From the NCBI GenBank assembly GCA_965208905.1, contig OZ242365.1, forward strand, positions 2,016,001 through 2,080,000: DNA of 64,000 nt, written 5' to 3'. This document shows, piece after piece, positions 1 to 9,933 of this stretch. How positions within the stretch are numbered: the first letter of the stretch is position 1; every line of letters begins with the position of its first letter. Under the pieces are notes generated by a model that did not search any database, had not been told where the DNA came from, and saw only the letters and a list, made by a program, of their open reading frames with translations. Source of the stretch: Nitrosopumilaceae archaeon. Lineage in GTDB: Archaea > Thermoproteota > Nitrososphaeria > Nitrososphaerales > Nitrosopumilaceae. A program made the translations under genes and the position numbers.

Positions 1-368
1 TTGAGTTCCTCACGCTTTGCTTTGCGTCTAGCAGCCAACTCTTTTCTCTCCTCTTTTGTCAAGAGAAGTTTCATCTCCTTCTCCTGGTCTACTAGTCTGA
101 ATGCATCTTCAAAGTCCAGATCTCTATGTCTAAATTTTATTTTTTTATCGAATGTACCCATGAAATCATTTACAAAATTTTTGCGGAATTCAGTATCCAA
201 TACGTATGGCGTGTCCTTCTTTTTGGCCCACTGGTATACCATCTCTTCTTGTATATCGTTTAATTCCACAGACTTTCCTTTTATTTTAAATTTAATATTT
301 TGACGTACATATGGTGGAGGCAGCAGTATGCCGTTGTGGCGCAGTGTCTTCCACTTTGGAGGATTCAT
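1..368 (-). CDS. DNA topoisomerase IB, eukaryote-like (N-terminal part, runs off window)
   Basis: Manual translation from ATG at 368: MNPPKWKTLRHNGILLPPPY...QEEMVYQWAKKKDTPYVLDTEFRKNFVNDF...EERKELAARRKAKREEL. KW-TL-HNG--PPPY is the topo IB N-terminal core signature. Not in ORF track. Confidence 0.88.
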   Translation of the reverse strand, partial: MNPPKWKTLRHNGILLPPPYVRQNIKFKIKGKSVELNDIQEEMVYQWAKKKDTPYVLDTEFRKNFVNDFMGTFDKKIKFRHRDLDFEDAFRLVDQEKEMKLLLTKEERKELAARRKAKREEL

Positions 369-380
369 GGGTACGCCCTG

Positions 381-1205
381 TTATTGAGGAAATACCTCTC
401 TTTTCATGAACTCTTCAAACTCAGCATCGGTTCTGGAACTTTTAGCATTCATAAACATTTCAGCATCCGCGCCGGCCACATACCGAGGTTGCATCTTCTC
501 CTGATGTAGGGCATCAACTATTATATCTGCAACCACTTTTGGGTCAGTGCCCATCTGTACCATCATCTGCAGACCGGACATTATATGGTCCAGCATCTTT
601 GCATATACTTTATCGTTAGATTGGGTCATCTTCATAGAGTCAAAGAATGATGTCTTTATCACCCCCGGCTCTATTATTGTGGTCTGTATGTTGAACTGAT
701 CCAGCTCATACCTGAGACATTCAGTCAGTCCCTCTAGGGCAAACTTTGTGCTTATATATGCCGGTGAGCAAGGCAGGCCCATGCGTCCGACTACTGAACC
801 TATATTTATAATTCTGCCCGACTTTTGGGCGCGCATATACGGTAAGACCTTCTGTATAATCGATACAACACCAAAGTAGTTGGTGTCAAACTGGCTCCTG
901 AAGTCCGATAGTGAGGTATCCTCGACGGTGCCAAACTGGCCAAAGCCGGCATTATTTACCAGTACATCTATTGTACCTGACTGCTCTATTATTGAACTTA
1001 TGGCAGAAGATATGGAATCCTCATCGGTAACATCTAGTTGAGAGACCAAAATTTTTACCGACTCTTTGCTGGCAACGTTTTTAATTTTGTCATCTTTTGT
1101 AGTATCTCTCATGGTGGCATGTACAGTGTAGCCATCCTTGGCCAGAGCAATGGCTGTGCATAGTCCTATACCAGATGAGCATCCTGTGATCAGTGCAGTC
1201 TTCAT
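381..1205 (-). CDS. Short-chain dehydrogenase/reductase (SDR)
   Basis: TGCSSGIG, NNAG and YxxxK (YISTK) motifs. Confidence 0.93.
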   Translation of the reverse strand: MKTALITGCSSGIGLCTAIALAKDGYTVHATMRDTTKDDKIKNVASKESVKILVSQLDVTDEDSISSAISSIIEQSGTIDVLVNNAGFGQFGTVEDTSLSDFRSQFDTNYFGVVSIIQKVLPYMRAQKSGRIINIGSVVGRMGLPCSPAYISTKFALEGLTECLRYELDQFNIQTTIIEPGVIKTSFFDSMKMTQSNDKVYAKMLDHIMSGLQMMVQMGTDPKVVADIIVDALHQEKMQPRYVAGADAEMFMNAKSSRTDAEFEEFMKREVFPQ

Positions 1206-1252
1206 GAAAAATCAAACAATTGAGCCATATTTATCCCCATGCGCGGCATACA

Positions 1253-3919
1253 TCACATATCATACAGTTGATTGCCAAATCCATCCTCTAGACGACCTCT
1301 ATCGCCATGCATAATACTCTCTAGGACCTTTAGGGCTCCAAGTTTATTGAGCTGTTCGTTGTTAAGGCCACAACGGTACGAATATGTACATTGGGGACAG
1401 CCCGAATCACTCTCACATGGACATTGTCTTAGTATCTGAGCACTTCGCTCTATCACCATCTCTATCTTGTCGTATAATGTTCGGGTAGCACCGTTTCCAC
1501 CAACGGCACCATCATACACAAATATTGCACCTGTACCACCCAGAGATATTCCGCCCATATCTTGCGCAACACCGCCGATTATCATATTACCACCCTCTAT
1601 AATGACATGTTCAACGGCATGACATGCAGATAGACTGTATCTGCCAGATGCATCACTGGAGGGCGATATCTCATCGGAGGTGGATGTATCATGCATGGGT
1701 ACGCAGAACACCAGGCCCTTGGTGATAAAATCGTACGAGTGGGGCGCATCCAAGAGTATTAGTTCTTCCTTGCCAGATCTATCTTTTGTGTAGTATCCAC
1801 TAACAGTCTGGAGTATACTCAGTGTGCAGTGAGCTATCTGTGTATTCCACATGGTTTTGGTATCATGTATCTTTACAATCGTGGGGTTTTTTGTGGAATG
1901 TGGGTGTGTGCTGGGTCGGGACATAGTTGTCGTCTTTAGATGCGCCATCTTTGAGGCGGATACATCTAGATTTATCACCTCATATGGTAGACCACTCATG
2001 TAATATGTAGCGCCGGTATGCAGTTCGTTCAGAGCCATGGGGAGGGCGCGGGTACCTTGAGCCCTACCATCTATTATTATACGTATACTCTCACCCATAC
2101 CACGTATGCTGTACTCTTCAAGTTGGCGGTATATCTTGTCACGCATTGGAATAATGTTTCCGTCACGATTCTGTACCAGTCCCGCATCAGCACATCGCTG
2201 TATGGCCGGATGATGTTCCAGAGGCACGTCACTTATGCGTAGAGGTGCATCAAGAGACATGGCTGCCATATGATACTCTTGTACTATGGGATTTGTGGGA
2301 TCTATATACAGCAGTTCAGCATCCTCAAAGTAGTCTTGGGGATTACGCTCATAGTATGTAGACATGGGATCATTGCCCAGTGCCAGTACAGCATACCCAC
2401 GACGGTCTCGGCGGGCAGCCCGTCCGACTCGCTGTAGCAGTCGATTTACAGGGACCAGTGATGATACTACTCCATCCACTGCACCAATATCAATACCCAG
2501 CTCCAAGGTAGGAGTGCAAGAGATGGCCATCAAGCCTCCGTTCTTGAATCTGTCTTCAATTTTGTGGCGTTCCTGCACTGGTATGCCAGAGCGATGCACA
2601 GATACATCAAGGCCACTCCTTTTGGCATTCAACGAAATCAACTCTGCTCCGCGGTGTGAGTTGCTAAACACAAGTGTTTTGTGTTTTTGTGAGATGAGTT
2701 GTCGAGTCACGTGTAGTATCATATCACGCTTATTTTCATCTGATGCAGACATCATTATGATGTCTATACGGCCCCGTCTTTGATCTGTCTTAATTAGTTC
2801 TACATCACGGTCCAAAAGGGCAGAGCAGAACCGAACTGGTTCATTTATTGTAGCGGATGCAGCCACCATCTGTAACGGATGCATACAGACACGATCAAGT
2901 CTTTTAATCAAGTGGTGAACGTTACTGCCAAATATTCCAGAGTACGTATGAACCTCATCTACCACCAATATACGGACATTATACAACAACTCTGCAAATC
3001 TAGATTGGCGTGGAAGGTGATAGTTTATGACATCAAAGTTCGTTATCAAGATGTGAGGTGGGGATTTTAGTATACGCTCCCGGGTCACATATGGTGTATC
3101 ACCATCAAAGATTGCGACTCTCACTCCCACCGATGCAGCCATGGTCTGTATTTTGGCAAGTTGGTCTTTGGCTAATGCCTTTGTTGGATATACAATCAAG
3201 GCAAACATTGGACTCTTTACCTCGGAGGACATCTGTATAATTGGGATCAAAAACGACTCGGTCTTGCCAGATGCAGTGGGGGCAACCACGACAACATCCT
3301 TCCCGCTTATGATAGCACCATACGACTCTTGTTGAAATTTATACAGATTTGATATGCCATTATTCTCAAGATACTCTGCGAGTTTTGGATTAGTCGTTAG
3401 CTGGTGTGGTGTTTGACCAGGTTCAGGTCCAGAGGAATCAGATACAACATATTGACAGACATAGTATTTTTGTGTAAACAGAAGGTTTCGAGTTATTTTA
3501 TCTGGATTTTTGCCCTTTATCATCGCTACAATATCGGCTTTGGGACGGCATCTGGGCGGGTCTGTTGTAGTAGCCAGCTGTCTCTGTGATACATCAGTGA
3601 TGGTGTTGGGTTTTTGCGTTACAGTGGGCTCTACCGGTGTAGTAGGTGTTGTGGTAGACGATATCTGGGTGGCGGATGTCTTTGTTTGTACGGCTTTGAG
3701 GGGTTTTGCTGTACCAGTGGATTTGTCTCTTTTGTCATGGCCAGTATCTTTTGTGCGTCTATCCATTATGTGTAAGAATTTTAAAAATGCAGTGTTTGGT
3801 TCACCCGCATCATCAGGTATAGCATGCGAAATTCCACAGGCACAAGATATGAAACATCTTCCATGGCTGGACCGCACAACCATGGACGAGCCACATTCGG
3901 GGCAAGCGTATTTGACCAT
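1253..3919 (-). CDS. DEAD/DEAH-box SF2 helicase with C-terminal DUF1998 Zn-binding domain (Hrq1/MrfA-like)
   Basis: APTASGKT, DEVH, SAT, TLELGID, QRVGRAAR; C-terminal CPCESDSGCPQC; N-terminal zinc ribbon and Thr/Pro-rich linker. Confidence 0.9.
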   Translation of the reverse strand: MVKYACPECGSSMVVRSSHGRCFISCACGISHAIPDDAGEPNTAFLKFLHIMDRRTKDTGHDKRDKSTGTAKPLKAVQTKTSATQISSTTTPTTPVEPTVTQKPNTITDVSQRQLATTTDPPRCRPKADIVAMIKGKNPDKITRNLLFTQKYYVCQYVVSDSSGPEPGQTPHQLTTNPKLAEYLENNGISNLYKFQQESYGAIISGKDVVVVAPTASGKTESFLIPIIQMSSEVKSPMFALIVYPTKALAKDQLAKIQTMAASVGVRVAIFDGDTPYVTRERILKSPPHILITNFDVINYHLPRQSRFAELLYNVRILVVDEVHTYSGIFGSNVHHLIKRLDRVCMHPLQMVAASATINEPVRFCSALLDRDVELIKTDQRRGRIDIIMMSASDENKRDMILHVTRQLISQKHKTLVFSNSHRGAELISLNAKRSGLDVSVHRSGIPVQERHKIEDRFKNGGLMAISCTPTLELGIDIGAVDGVVSSLVPVNRLLQRVGRAARRDRRGYAVLALGNDPMSTYYERNPQDYFEDAELLYIDPTNPIVQEYHMAAMSLDAPLRISDVPLEHHPAIQRCADAGLVQNRDGNIIPMRDKIYRQLEEYSIRGMGESIRIIIDGRAQGTRALPMALNELHTGATYYMSGLPYEVINLDVSASKMAHLKTTTMSRPSTHPHSTKNPTIVKIHDTKTMWNTQIAHCTLSILQTVSGYYTKDRSGKEELILLDAPHSYDFITKGLVFCVPMHDTSTSDEISPSSDASGRYSLSACHAVEHVIIEGGNMIIGGVAQDMGGISLGGTGAIFVYDGAVGGNGATRTLYDKIEMVIERSAQILRQCPCESDSGCPQCTYSYRCGLNNEQLNKLGALKVLESIMHGDRGRLEDGFGNQLYDM

Positions 3920-3953
3920 TACAGTATGTTAAGACATGATGCATCTATTTAGA

Positions 3954-4286
3954 TTAGTTGTCATCAGGTTTAGATGGTCCTCCAATCTTGTCTTGTATGG
4001 CTTTTTTAAGATCGATAGTGGAGAGATTTGTATAATCAATATTCAGCGACTCGGCCATGGCTTCAAGTTTTTGACGTTCTGTCTTTACAGGTCCACTCAT
4101 TCGAATAGTAAGGTCGGGGCGTGCCTGCTGTATAATGTCATTTTTGGCCTTCTCTATGTCTGCGGCTACACGGCCCATCTTTTTAGCGGCGGCGGGTAGC
4201 TTGCCGGTGCCCAACAAAAGTACAAGTGCAGCAAAGACAACTATGATCCACTCAGTTCCTATAATGTTAAGATAAATCTGTTCCAA
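3954..4286 (-). CDS. tatA: Twin-arginine translocase TatA/E-like subunit
   Basis: GTEWIIVVFAALVLLLGTGKLP TM helix plus amphipathic helix; start uncertain. Confidence 0.8.
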   Translation of the reverse strand: MEQIYLNIIGTEWIIVVFAALVLLLGTGKLPAAAKKMGRVAADIEKAKNDIIQQARPDLTIRMSGPVKTERQKLEAMAESLNIDYTNLSTIDLKKAIQDKIGGPSKPDDN

Positions 4287-4498
4287 TCAGATACAGATAT
4301 CATTGTTTCAAAATTAAATTTTGCCACAAGTTTAGGAGAATGATATCAAAAAGTAGTCACAGCCAGCCCAATACATAAGAGTTTATGCGTAATCGAATCA
4401 TGATGTATAATACCGTACATATAAATACCACAAACTCTAATCATATGTATGGGTGTAATAGTACACACCATCTATACAACACATGACAGTGTATATCT

Positions 4499-4688
4499 TT
4501 TAGGTGGCTTGCTACATTATGTCCTTAACATCATGCGGTTGTTAGAGGGCCGTAGTGCAGATGCTAGATGGCATCTGTCGGGGGCGCACAAACCGGAACG
4601 CCAGAATTTCGTCGGTGATGAGTCGATGGGCTGTACCGGGGTGGGCGGTGCCGGTCAGCACGGGCCGGGACCACCCAATGCTGCCAAG
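4499..4688 (+). ncRNA. Candidate structured non-coding RNA (multi-branch), family unknown
   Basis: GC-rich island in AT-rich intergenic DNA. Closing stem GGTGGC 4503-4508/GCTGCC 4680-4685; hairpins 4511-4556, CAGATGCT/GGCATCTG 4558-4577, GGGTGG 4639-4644/CCACCC 4671-4676. G-U pairs favour the + strand. Confidence 0.5.
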
Positions 4689-4696
4689 TTGTGCAA

Positions 4697-5398
4697 TTAC
4701 GCATAAACTCTAGATTTGTATGCAACCACCATTACAGCTCCGCCCATCATGCCCTTTTGAATTTGTACAGACTCATACTTTTCTAATAATATCTCTTTGA
4801 GTGAGTTGTTTGTGGGCCATTTTTTGTAGGTATCGTATAAGGCCGCGAACTTTAGGCCCAATCGACCTCCTGCCATCAGTGCCAATACAGGCAATATCAT
4901 TCGAAGATAAAACGAGACGCCAGCACGAATTATAATATTATCGGGTTTGCCTAAATCCACCACTATAAGTCGGCCTCCATCCTTTGTCACACGATGCAGT
5001 TCGCCGACAGCCACACGAAGATTGATGGCATCACGTAACGAGTAACCACACATTACAGCATCAAAGGTCTTGTCACGAAATGGAAGATGCTCAAATATCC
5101 CATTTGTCATGTCAGGAGCAGTATCAAACACATTCAAAGTGTTGCGCAGCATTGGAAGGAGTGGATCATACATCACAATAGATAGATTGTTACACAATTC
5201 CATGGCAGTCTTTGACATATTGCCAAATCCCGAACCAGCATCAAGTATGACATTATTATCACTCACTTCTCCCCGTATGCCATTGCGCCGATACTCCTTA
5301 TCATGGCCCAAAGAGATGTACGCATTTACTTTGTCATATACTGGGATTATATCTCGTAAAATATCAACAACATGGCCCCATCGCTCCTCTAGGCCCAA
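4697..5398 (-). CDS. UbiE/MenG-family class I SAM methyltransferase
   Basis: ILDAGSGFG, LPFRDKTFDAV, YDKVNAYISLG. Confidence 0.85.
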   Translation of the reverse strand: MGLEERWGHVVDILRDIIPVYDKVNAYISLGHDKEYRRNGIRGEVSDNNVILDAGSGFGNMSKTAMELCNNLSIVMYDPLLPMLRNTLNVFDTAPDMTNGIFEHLPFRDKTFDAVMCGYSLRDAINLRVAVGELHRVTKDGGRLIVVDLGKPDNIIIRAGVSFYLRMILPVLALMAGGRLGLKFAALYDTYKKWPTNNSLKEILLEKYESVQIQKGMMGGAVMVVAYKSRVYA

Positions 5399-5404
5399 TC
5401 TGTA

Positions 5405-6127
5405 TCAAGTTCCAGAATTTTTCACATAGGAGCTCAGTTCAGCGTCGGGTATTCTTTCAAACGTCTTTGATTTTGCAGTTATCTTTGCCATCTTGATGTT
5501 GGTCACATTATCCATATCCTTGCGCTTCTGAGTTATTGCAGATATGGTGAGTGCAGCTGCCGCGTCCAGTGTGATATCAAATGTATAGTTCTTCTCCAAA
5601 AACAGGTTGACATCATCAGATCCTGCACCAATGGCCACTGCAGCATATGATACAAATGTTCCACTGGGATCTGTCACGTAGACTGCCTCTTTTTGATCAA
5701 CGCCGGCTATAATGAGAGATACGCCGTTGGGTCTCACTCCCGAATACTGCGTAAACTGGTGAGACTGATCCGCCAAATACTTTGCTATGGAATTTATGCT
5801 GGCTTCCTCATCATACGCCAATCTATTATTCTGCGCAAAGAGGCGTGCATTGTCCACCATTATACGGGCATCAGGAATATAGCCAGCCGCAGCCACGCCT
5901 ATGTGGTTGTCCACCTGGAATATCTTTTGTGTCTTGTCTATGGTCTGTAACGCACGGCTCTTCTCCTCGACGGCCATTACAACACCTTCAGAACTGATCA
6001 GACCTATTGCCAGTGTTCCTCGCTTGACAGTCTCAATGGCATACTCAACCTGATATATACGACCATCCGGCGAATACATGGTAGGTGTCATATCATACCC
6101 ACGTGAAGCCATCATGCTCTTTATCAT
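5405..6127 (-). CDS. psmA: Proteasome subunit alpha
   Basis: GYDMTPTMYSPDGRIYQVEYA signature. Confidence 0.95.
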   Translation of the reverse strand: MIKSMMASRGYDMTPTMYSPDGRIYQVEYAIETVKRGTLAIGLISSEGVVMAVEEKSRALQTIDKTQKIFQVDNHIGVAAAGYIPDARIMVDNARLFAQNNRLAYDEEASINSIAKYLADQSHQFTQYSGVRPNGVSLIIAGVDQKEAVYVTDPSGTFVSYAAVAIGAGSDDVNLFLEKNYTFDITLDAAAALTISAITQKRKDMDNVTNIKMAKITAKSKTFERIPDAELSSYVKNSGT

Positions 6128-6344
6128 TATTGAAGTTAATTTAAGGGTTCATAATCGAGACTTCGCCCACAAGACTGTCTACACTCCAAGACAGTCTGTC
6201 GGGCTCCTGTCGTATAACCATGATAAAATTAGTGTTTAACGCATACTCTTATGATAAATCCTAATGGCATGAAGAATTTCCCACACAAGGAATACTGCCA
6301 TTTCAGCGAGTGAATGATAAGAGGGATACCCACACAACATAGTA

Positions 6345-7103
6345 GTGAAGACTATTACGTATGTAATTTTAATTGGTATGGCCTTTACGGCCATACTGTC
6401 AAACGCCTTGTATGGTCATTACATTTATGGCTCACCGCATGAGCAGGCGCTCTCCAAATATGCAATATACGTACACCTAGATGCTCAGGGACCAAACACA
6501 TCAGCAAACATACTGTACGATGTGACTATATCATGGGATGGTACGCCGATACAGAATGATACTACACAGTACAACAGTAATAGTGTACAAAACATAGGAG
6601 GTCGTCAGGTAGTCTCACTACAACATGGCTTTTCAGACTGTCAGATTGGCTGGAGTCCGCCATTATATCGATATGGTGTAGACTGGTTACGAAGCACCAT
6701 AAACTACATCCAAGGGACGCAGTTGAATCAGGAGCCATATACTCCCATATTCGCAAATATACAGGGTGCTGCGCAGAGTATGGAGTCAAAGAGTCATGTT
6801 CAATTCATTCCCGTATGCACCAATGCAGAGTCAACATCGTTCCGCTACTCTGTATCGACGGATGCGTCATTTGATGTATACTTTGTCCCATCAGAGAGAT
6901 ATCTGGACAGATATATGGAACGCGACGGTACGTTTGATGCATATTCAGGATGCCACGCACTAAATAGACAGAGCCATACCGGGCTGTGTGATAACGTAGG
7001 TCCCAATTCAGGGATAATAATAGCACTCTCAGAGAATCCCAAGCATGTATTGACACGAGTGTTGGTTAGTTTGCACGAGATCACATCCAGCCCAGACGTC
7101 TAA
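6345..7103 (+). CDS. Hypothetical secreted/membrane-anchored protein
   Basis: 252-aa ORF with N-terminal hydrophobic segment. Confidence 0.7.
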   Translation: MKTITYVILIGMAFTAILSNALYGHYIYGSPHEQALSKYAIYVHLDAQGPNTSANILYDVTISWDGTPIQNDTTQYNSNSVQNIGGRQVVSLQHGFSDCQIGWSPPLYRYGVDWLRSTINYIQGTQLNQEPYTPIFANIQGAAQSMESKSHVQFIPVCTNAESTSFRYSVSTDASFDVYFVPSERYLDRYMERDGTFDAYSGCHALNRQSHTGLCDNVGPNSGIIIALSENPKHVLTRVLVSLHEITSSPDV

Positions 7104-8067
7104 AGTATATGGCCATGATGGTTGCAGGTATAATTGAGGCCAACACTATAAGCAGAAAGGCGCTATAGTCGCCAGGTATAATGGCATCCACTCCAGGTAG
7201 GTATACATTCATGCCGTAGAATGTACCAATGACCGTGGCAGGAATTGCCAGGGCAAAAATTATTGTAAGAACAGCCAGTACCTTGTTGGTCTTTTCAGTA
7301 CTGAGCATAAAGTCCGTATCTTTGTATATATCCATGGTCTCTCGAGACTCTTCTAGCGTCTCAAGTACCTTATCAATATGATCTATGACATCATCAAAGT
7401 ATAGCTCCAATGACTTTTCGCTCTCGAATCGTTCAATATCATCAGATATGGAGTTAACCAAGTTTTTCAGTGGTCTTACCATCCTGCGCAATTTGTTGAT
7501 ATCACGACGCAGAAAGGATATTTCGCGCGCTACAGATATGGAATCATTAAACACCTGCTCTTCTAGGTCTTCTAAATTGGCAATTATCTTTCTAGACATG
7601 TGTAAGAGATCATCCACCAAGACATCAACGATATCATGAACCAAAAATCCTGTGGATTTTATACTACGACTTGTCTTTGGATCTTGACATGTCAAAATCA
7701 AGTCGTTGAGTGGTTGCAGATCACCTTGATGTATCGTAACTAGGTAATCAGAACCCACGAACATAGAGAGTTGTCCATAACCCATTCCGTTCTTACCATC
7801 TATTGGCGGAAAGCTTAGTATGACAAAAAAATGATCATCATAACTGTCCAATTTGGGAAGTTCAAATTTGGCTAAGCAGTCTTCCACATTGAGAGAATGA
7901 AAGCCAAACTCAGCAGCTAATGACTCCACATCCTCGCGCTGGGGGTTTAGCACATCAATCCATCGAAGTCCGTCTCCGGGTATGGTTTGAATTTTAGTCG
8001 GCAGATACTCTATTTTTTGATCCTGCCGTCCAGAGAACAGTCTCTTGGGGATAAAACCTCTCCTCAT
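7081..8067 (-). CDS. corA: CorA-family Mg2+/Co2+ transporter
   Basis: YGMN motif after TM1, two C-terminal TM helices, WIDV...PKLDSY. Confidence 0.93.
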   Translation of the reverse strand: MRRGFIPKRLFSGRQDQKIEYLPTKIQTIPGDGLRWIDVLNPQREDVESLAAEFGFHSLNVEDCLAKFELPKLDSYDDHFFVILSFPPIDGKNGMGYGQLSMFVGSDYLVTIHQGDLQPLNDLILTCQDPKTSRSIKSTGFLVHDIVDVLVDDLLHMSRKIIANLEDLEEQVFNDSISVAREISFLRRDINKLRRMVRPLKNLVNSISDDIERFESEKSLELYFDDVIDHIDKVLETLEESRETMDIYKDTDFMLSTEKTNKVLAVLTIIFALAIPATVIGTFYGMNVYLPGVDAIIPGDYSAFLLIVLASIIPATIMAIYFRRLGWM

Positions 8068-8442
8068 TCATATAACATGAATATACATTCATATAATTTT
8101 GGCGAAAAAAGTGGCTGATTCTACTCATCTGTCAGAGTCTGGCTAATGGTTATAAGTGAACAAATCACATGCATGACAGAATCGCATAACAGCGTCCAAT
8201 TAAACCCGACACATAGGCGCACAATCTGAAAAACTAAAATCTCGCCAGTGGTGGACTAGTGGTGAATTTGGGGCGGGCGATACTGGCCGAAGCGGACTAA
8301 GATCGCCTAATATAGCCAAGTTATGTAATGACAGATAAACTCTGTGGCCAGAAATAATACAACTATATCACATACGTCTTTGAGATCAGTATTACAGATA
8401 ATGCCAAGTTGTAATAACAAATGATTTAGACATGGATTAAAT

Positions 8443-9615
8443 CTATACGGTCTGAGGATCTTTTGTCTTAGATATGCGTTGCTCCAACGAGTCAGGCAGT
8501 GGCATCTCTAACAAATCCCCCATCCGTAATCGCTTCAAGCCTGCGGCCACATCTTTGGCCTGTTGTTCGTCACTAGCCAGACCCAGTATAGACATCAAGT
8601 AACCAGCTCCGGTCTTGCCAGACAGTTCTCCAAACACAATAGTACGCCTATTACCCACAACATTAGGCGGAATAGGCTCATATGCTGCCGGATTCCGCAA
8701 TATGGCTGCCAAATGTGTTCCAGCCTTGTGTTTGTATGCGGATGAGCCTACAATAGGTTTGGATTCAGGTATTGGAATCCCGGTATACAACTCTACATGT
8801 TTTGAGAGATCCCGTAGTTGGAATAGTTTAAAACGGTTAGGTGACTTGTAAAGTTTTGATATAACTACAGCAACTTCGGCCAAAGCTGGTATGCCAGTCC
8901 TCTCGCCAATACCATCTATTGTTGTATGTATCTGGGTAGCTCCAGCATCTATACCGGCCATGGCGTTAGCCAGTGCCAGACCCATATCGTTGTGCGTATG
9001 CACATCTAGTGGCGTATCAACAACATCGTGCACCATCCTGACAAAGTTTGCCATCCCCGATGGTCGCATCACACCTACAGTGTCCGGTAGACTAATTCTG
9101 TCCACTCCAACATCCCGTATGGCTTTACACATATCTCGAACAAAGTTAGGATCCGCCCGGGAACCATCTTCTAGAGTGAATCGTATCTTTAAACCATGAG
9201 CCTTTGCATACTCTATGGTCTCTACAGCCCGTCTCATCGCCTCCTCGGGAGTTATGCGTAGTTTATCCTTCAGGTGCACTTCAGATATTCCCAAGTATGC
9301 AGCACACCATGTTGCACCACAATCTATTGACACATCGATATCTTCCTTTAAAGATCTTCCGTGCGCAACTATATCAGCCTGTAGGCCCAACTTTATTATC
9401 GTCTTTGTAGCTTCACGATGATCCGGTGAGACAACCGGCGATATCTCAATTTGATCCACTCCAAAGCTGTCCAGTTCCCAGGCTATCTGAATTCGCTGTT
9501 TGTTTGTGAATGAAACGCCAGGGTGTTGCTCGCCTTCTCGTAGCGTGGTATCCAAGACACGTACGTGCTCAGGTCCATCTCCATTGTATTGTTCAGCGTA
9601 TACGTTGGGATTCAT
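8443..9615 (-). CDS. Homocitrate synthase / LeuA-family (DRE-TIM) protein without regulatory domain
   Basis: DTTLREGEQ, HTHND, GIGERTG, HKAGTH. Confidence 0.85.
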   Translation of the reverse strand: MNPNVYAEQYNGDGPEHVRVLDTTLREGEQHPGVSFTNKQRIQIAWELDSFGVDQIEISPVVSPDHREATKTIIKLGLQADIVAHGRSLKEDIDVSIDCGATWCAAYLGISEVHLKDKLRITPEEAMRRAVETIEYAKAHGLKIRFTLEDGSRADPNFVRDMCKAIRDVGVDRISLPDTVGVMRPSGMANFVRMVHDVVDTPLDVHTHNDMGLALANAMAGIDAGATQIHTTIDGIGERTGIPALAEVAVVISKLYKSPNRFKLFQLRDLSKHVELYTGIPIPESKPIVGSSAYKHKAGTHLAAILRNPAAYEPIPPNVVGNRRTIVFGELSGKTGAGYLMSILGLASDEQQAKDVAAGLKRLRMGDLLEMPLPDSLEQRISKTKDPQTV

Positions 9616-9933
9616 GTATGGAAAAAAATAATTAAACTGTTTATAAACTATGTGGATTTTACTAAACTATTTTGTTCAAAAAATTAACTAAAAAATACTA
9701 AAAAAATTATTTAGTAATAAAAATAATCATTAGACATCCGGAAGATCTGTCATGCGCTCTTGAAACTTTTCTATATACTCACAAGCAGGTTTGTAATGTA
9801 TAGCCATCCAAAGCCTATTGATTTTTTGTCAATTTTAGAGTGGCACCTAAACATAAAATCAGCTGTTTCAATTGGTTTTGGTAGAATCATATAATACATT
9901 ATAGATATGTGTTAAAAGATTTTCAGTGCAGCA

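Noticed and set aside
1-368. Eukaryote-like topoisomerase IB as a novelty
   Set aside because: Already a known hallmark of Thaumarchaeota; used only as a taxonomic marker.
9620-9930. AT-rich tract as replication origin or small ORF
   Set aside because: No ORB repeats or cdc6 nearby; the 25-aa ORF is unsupported.
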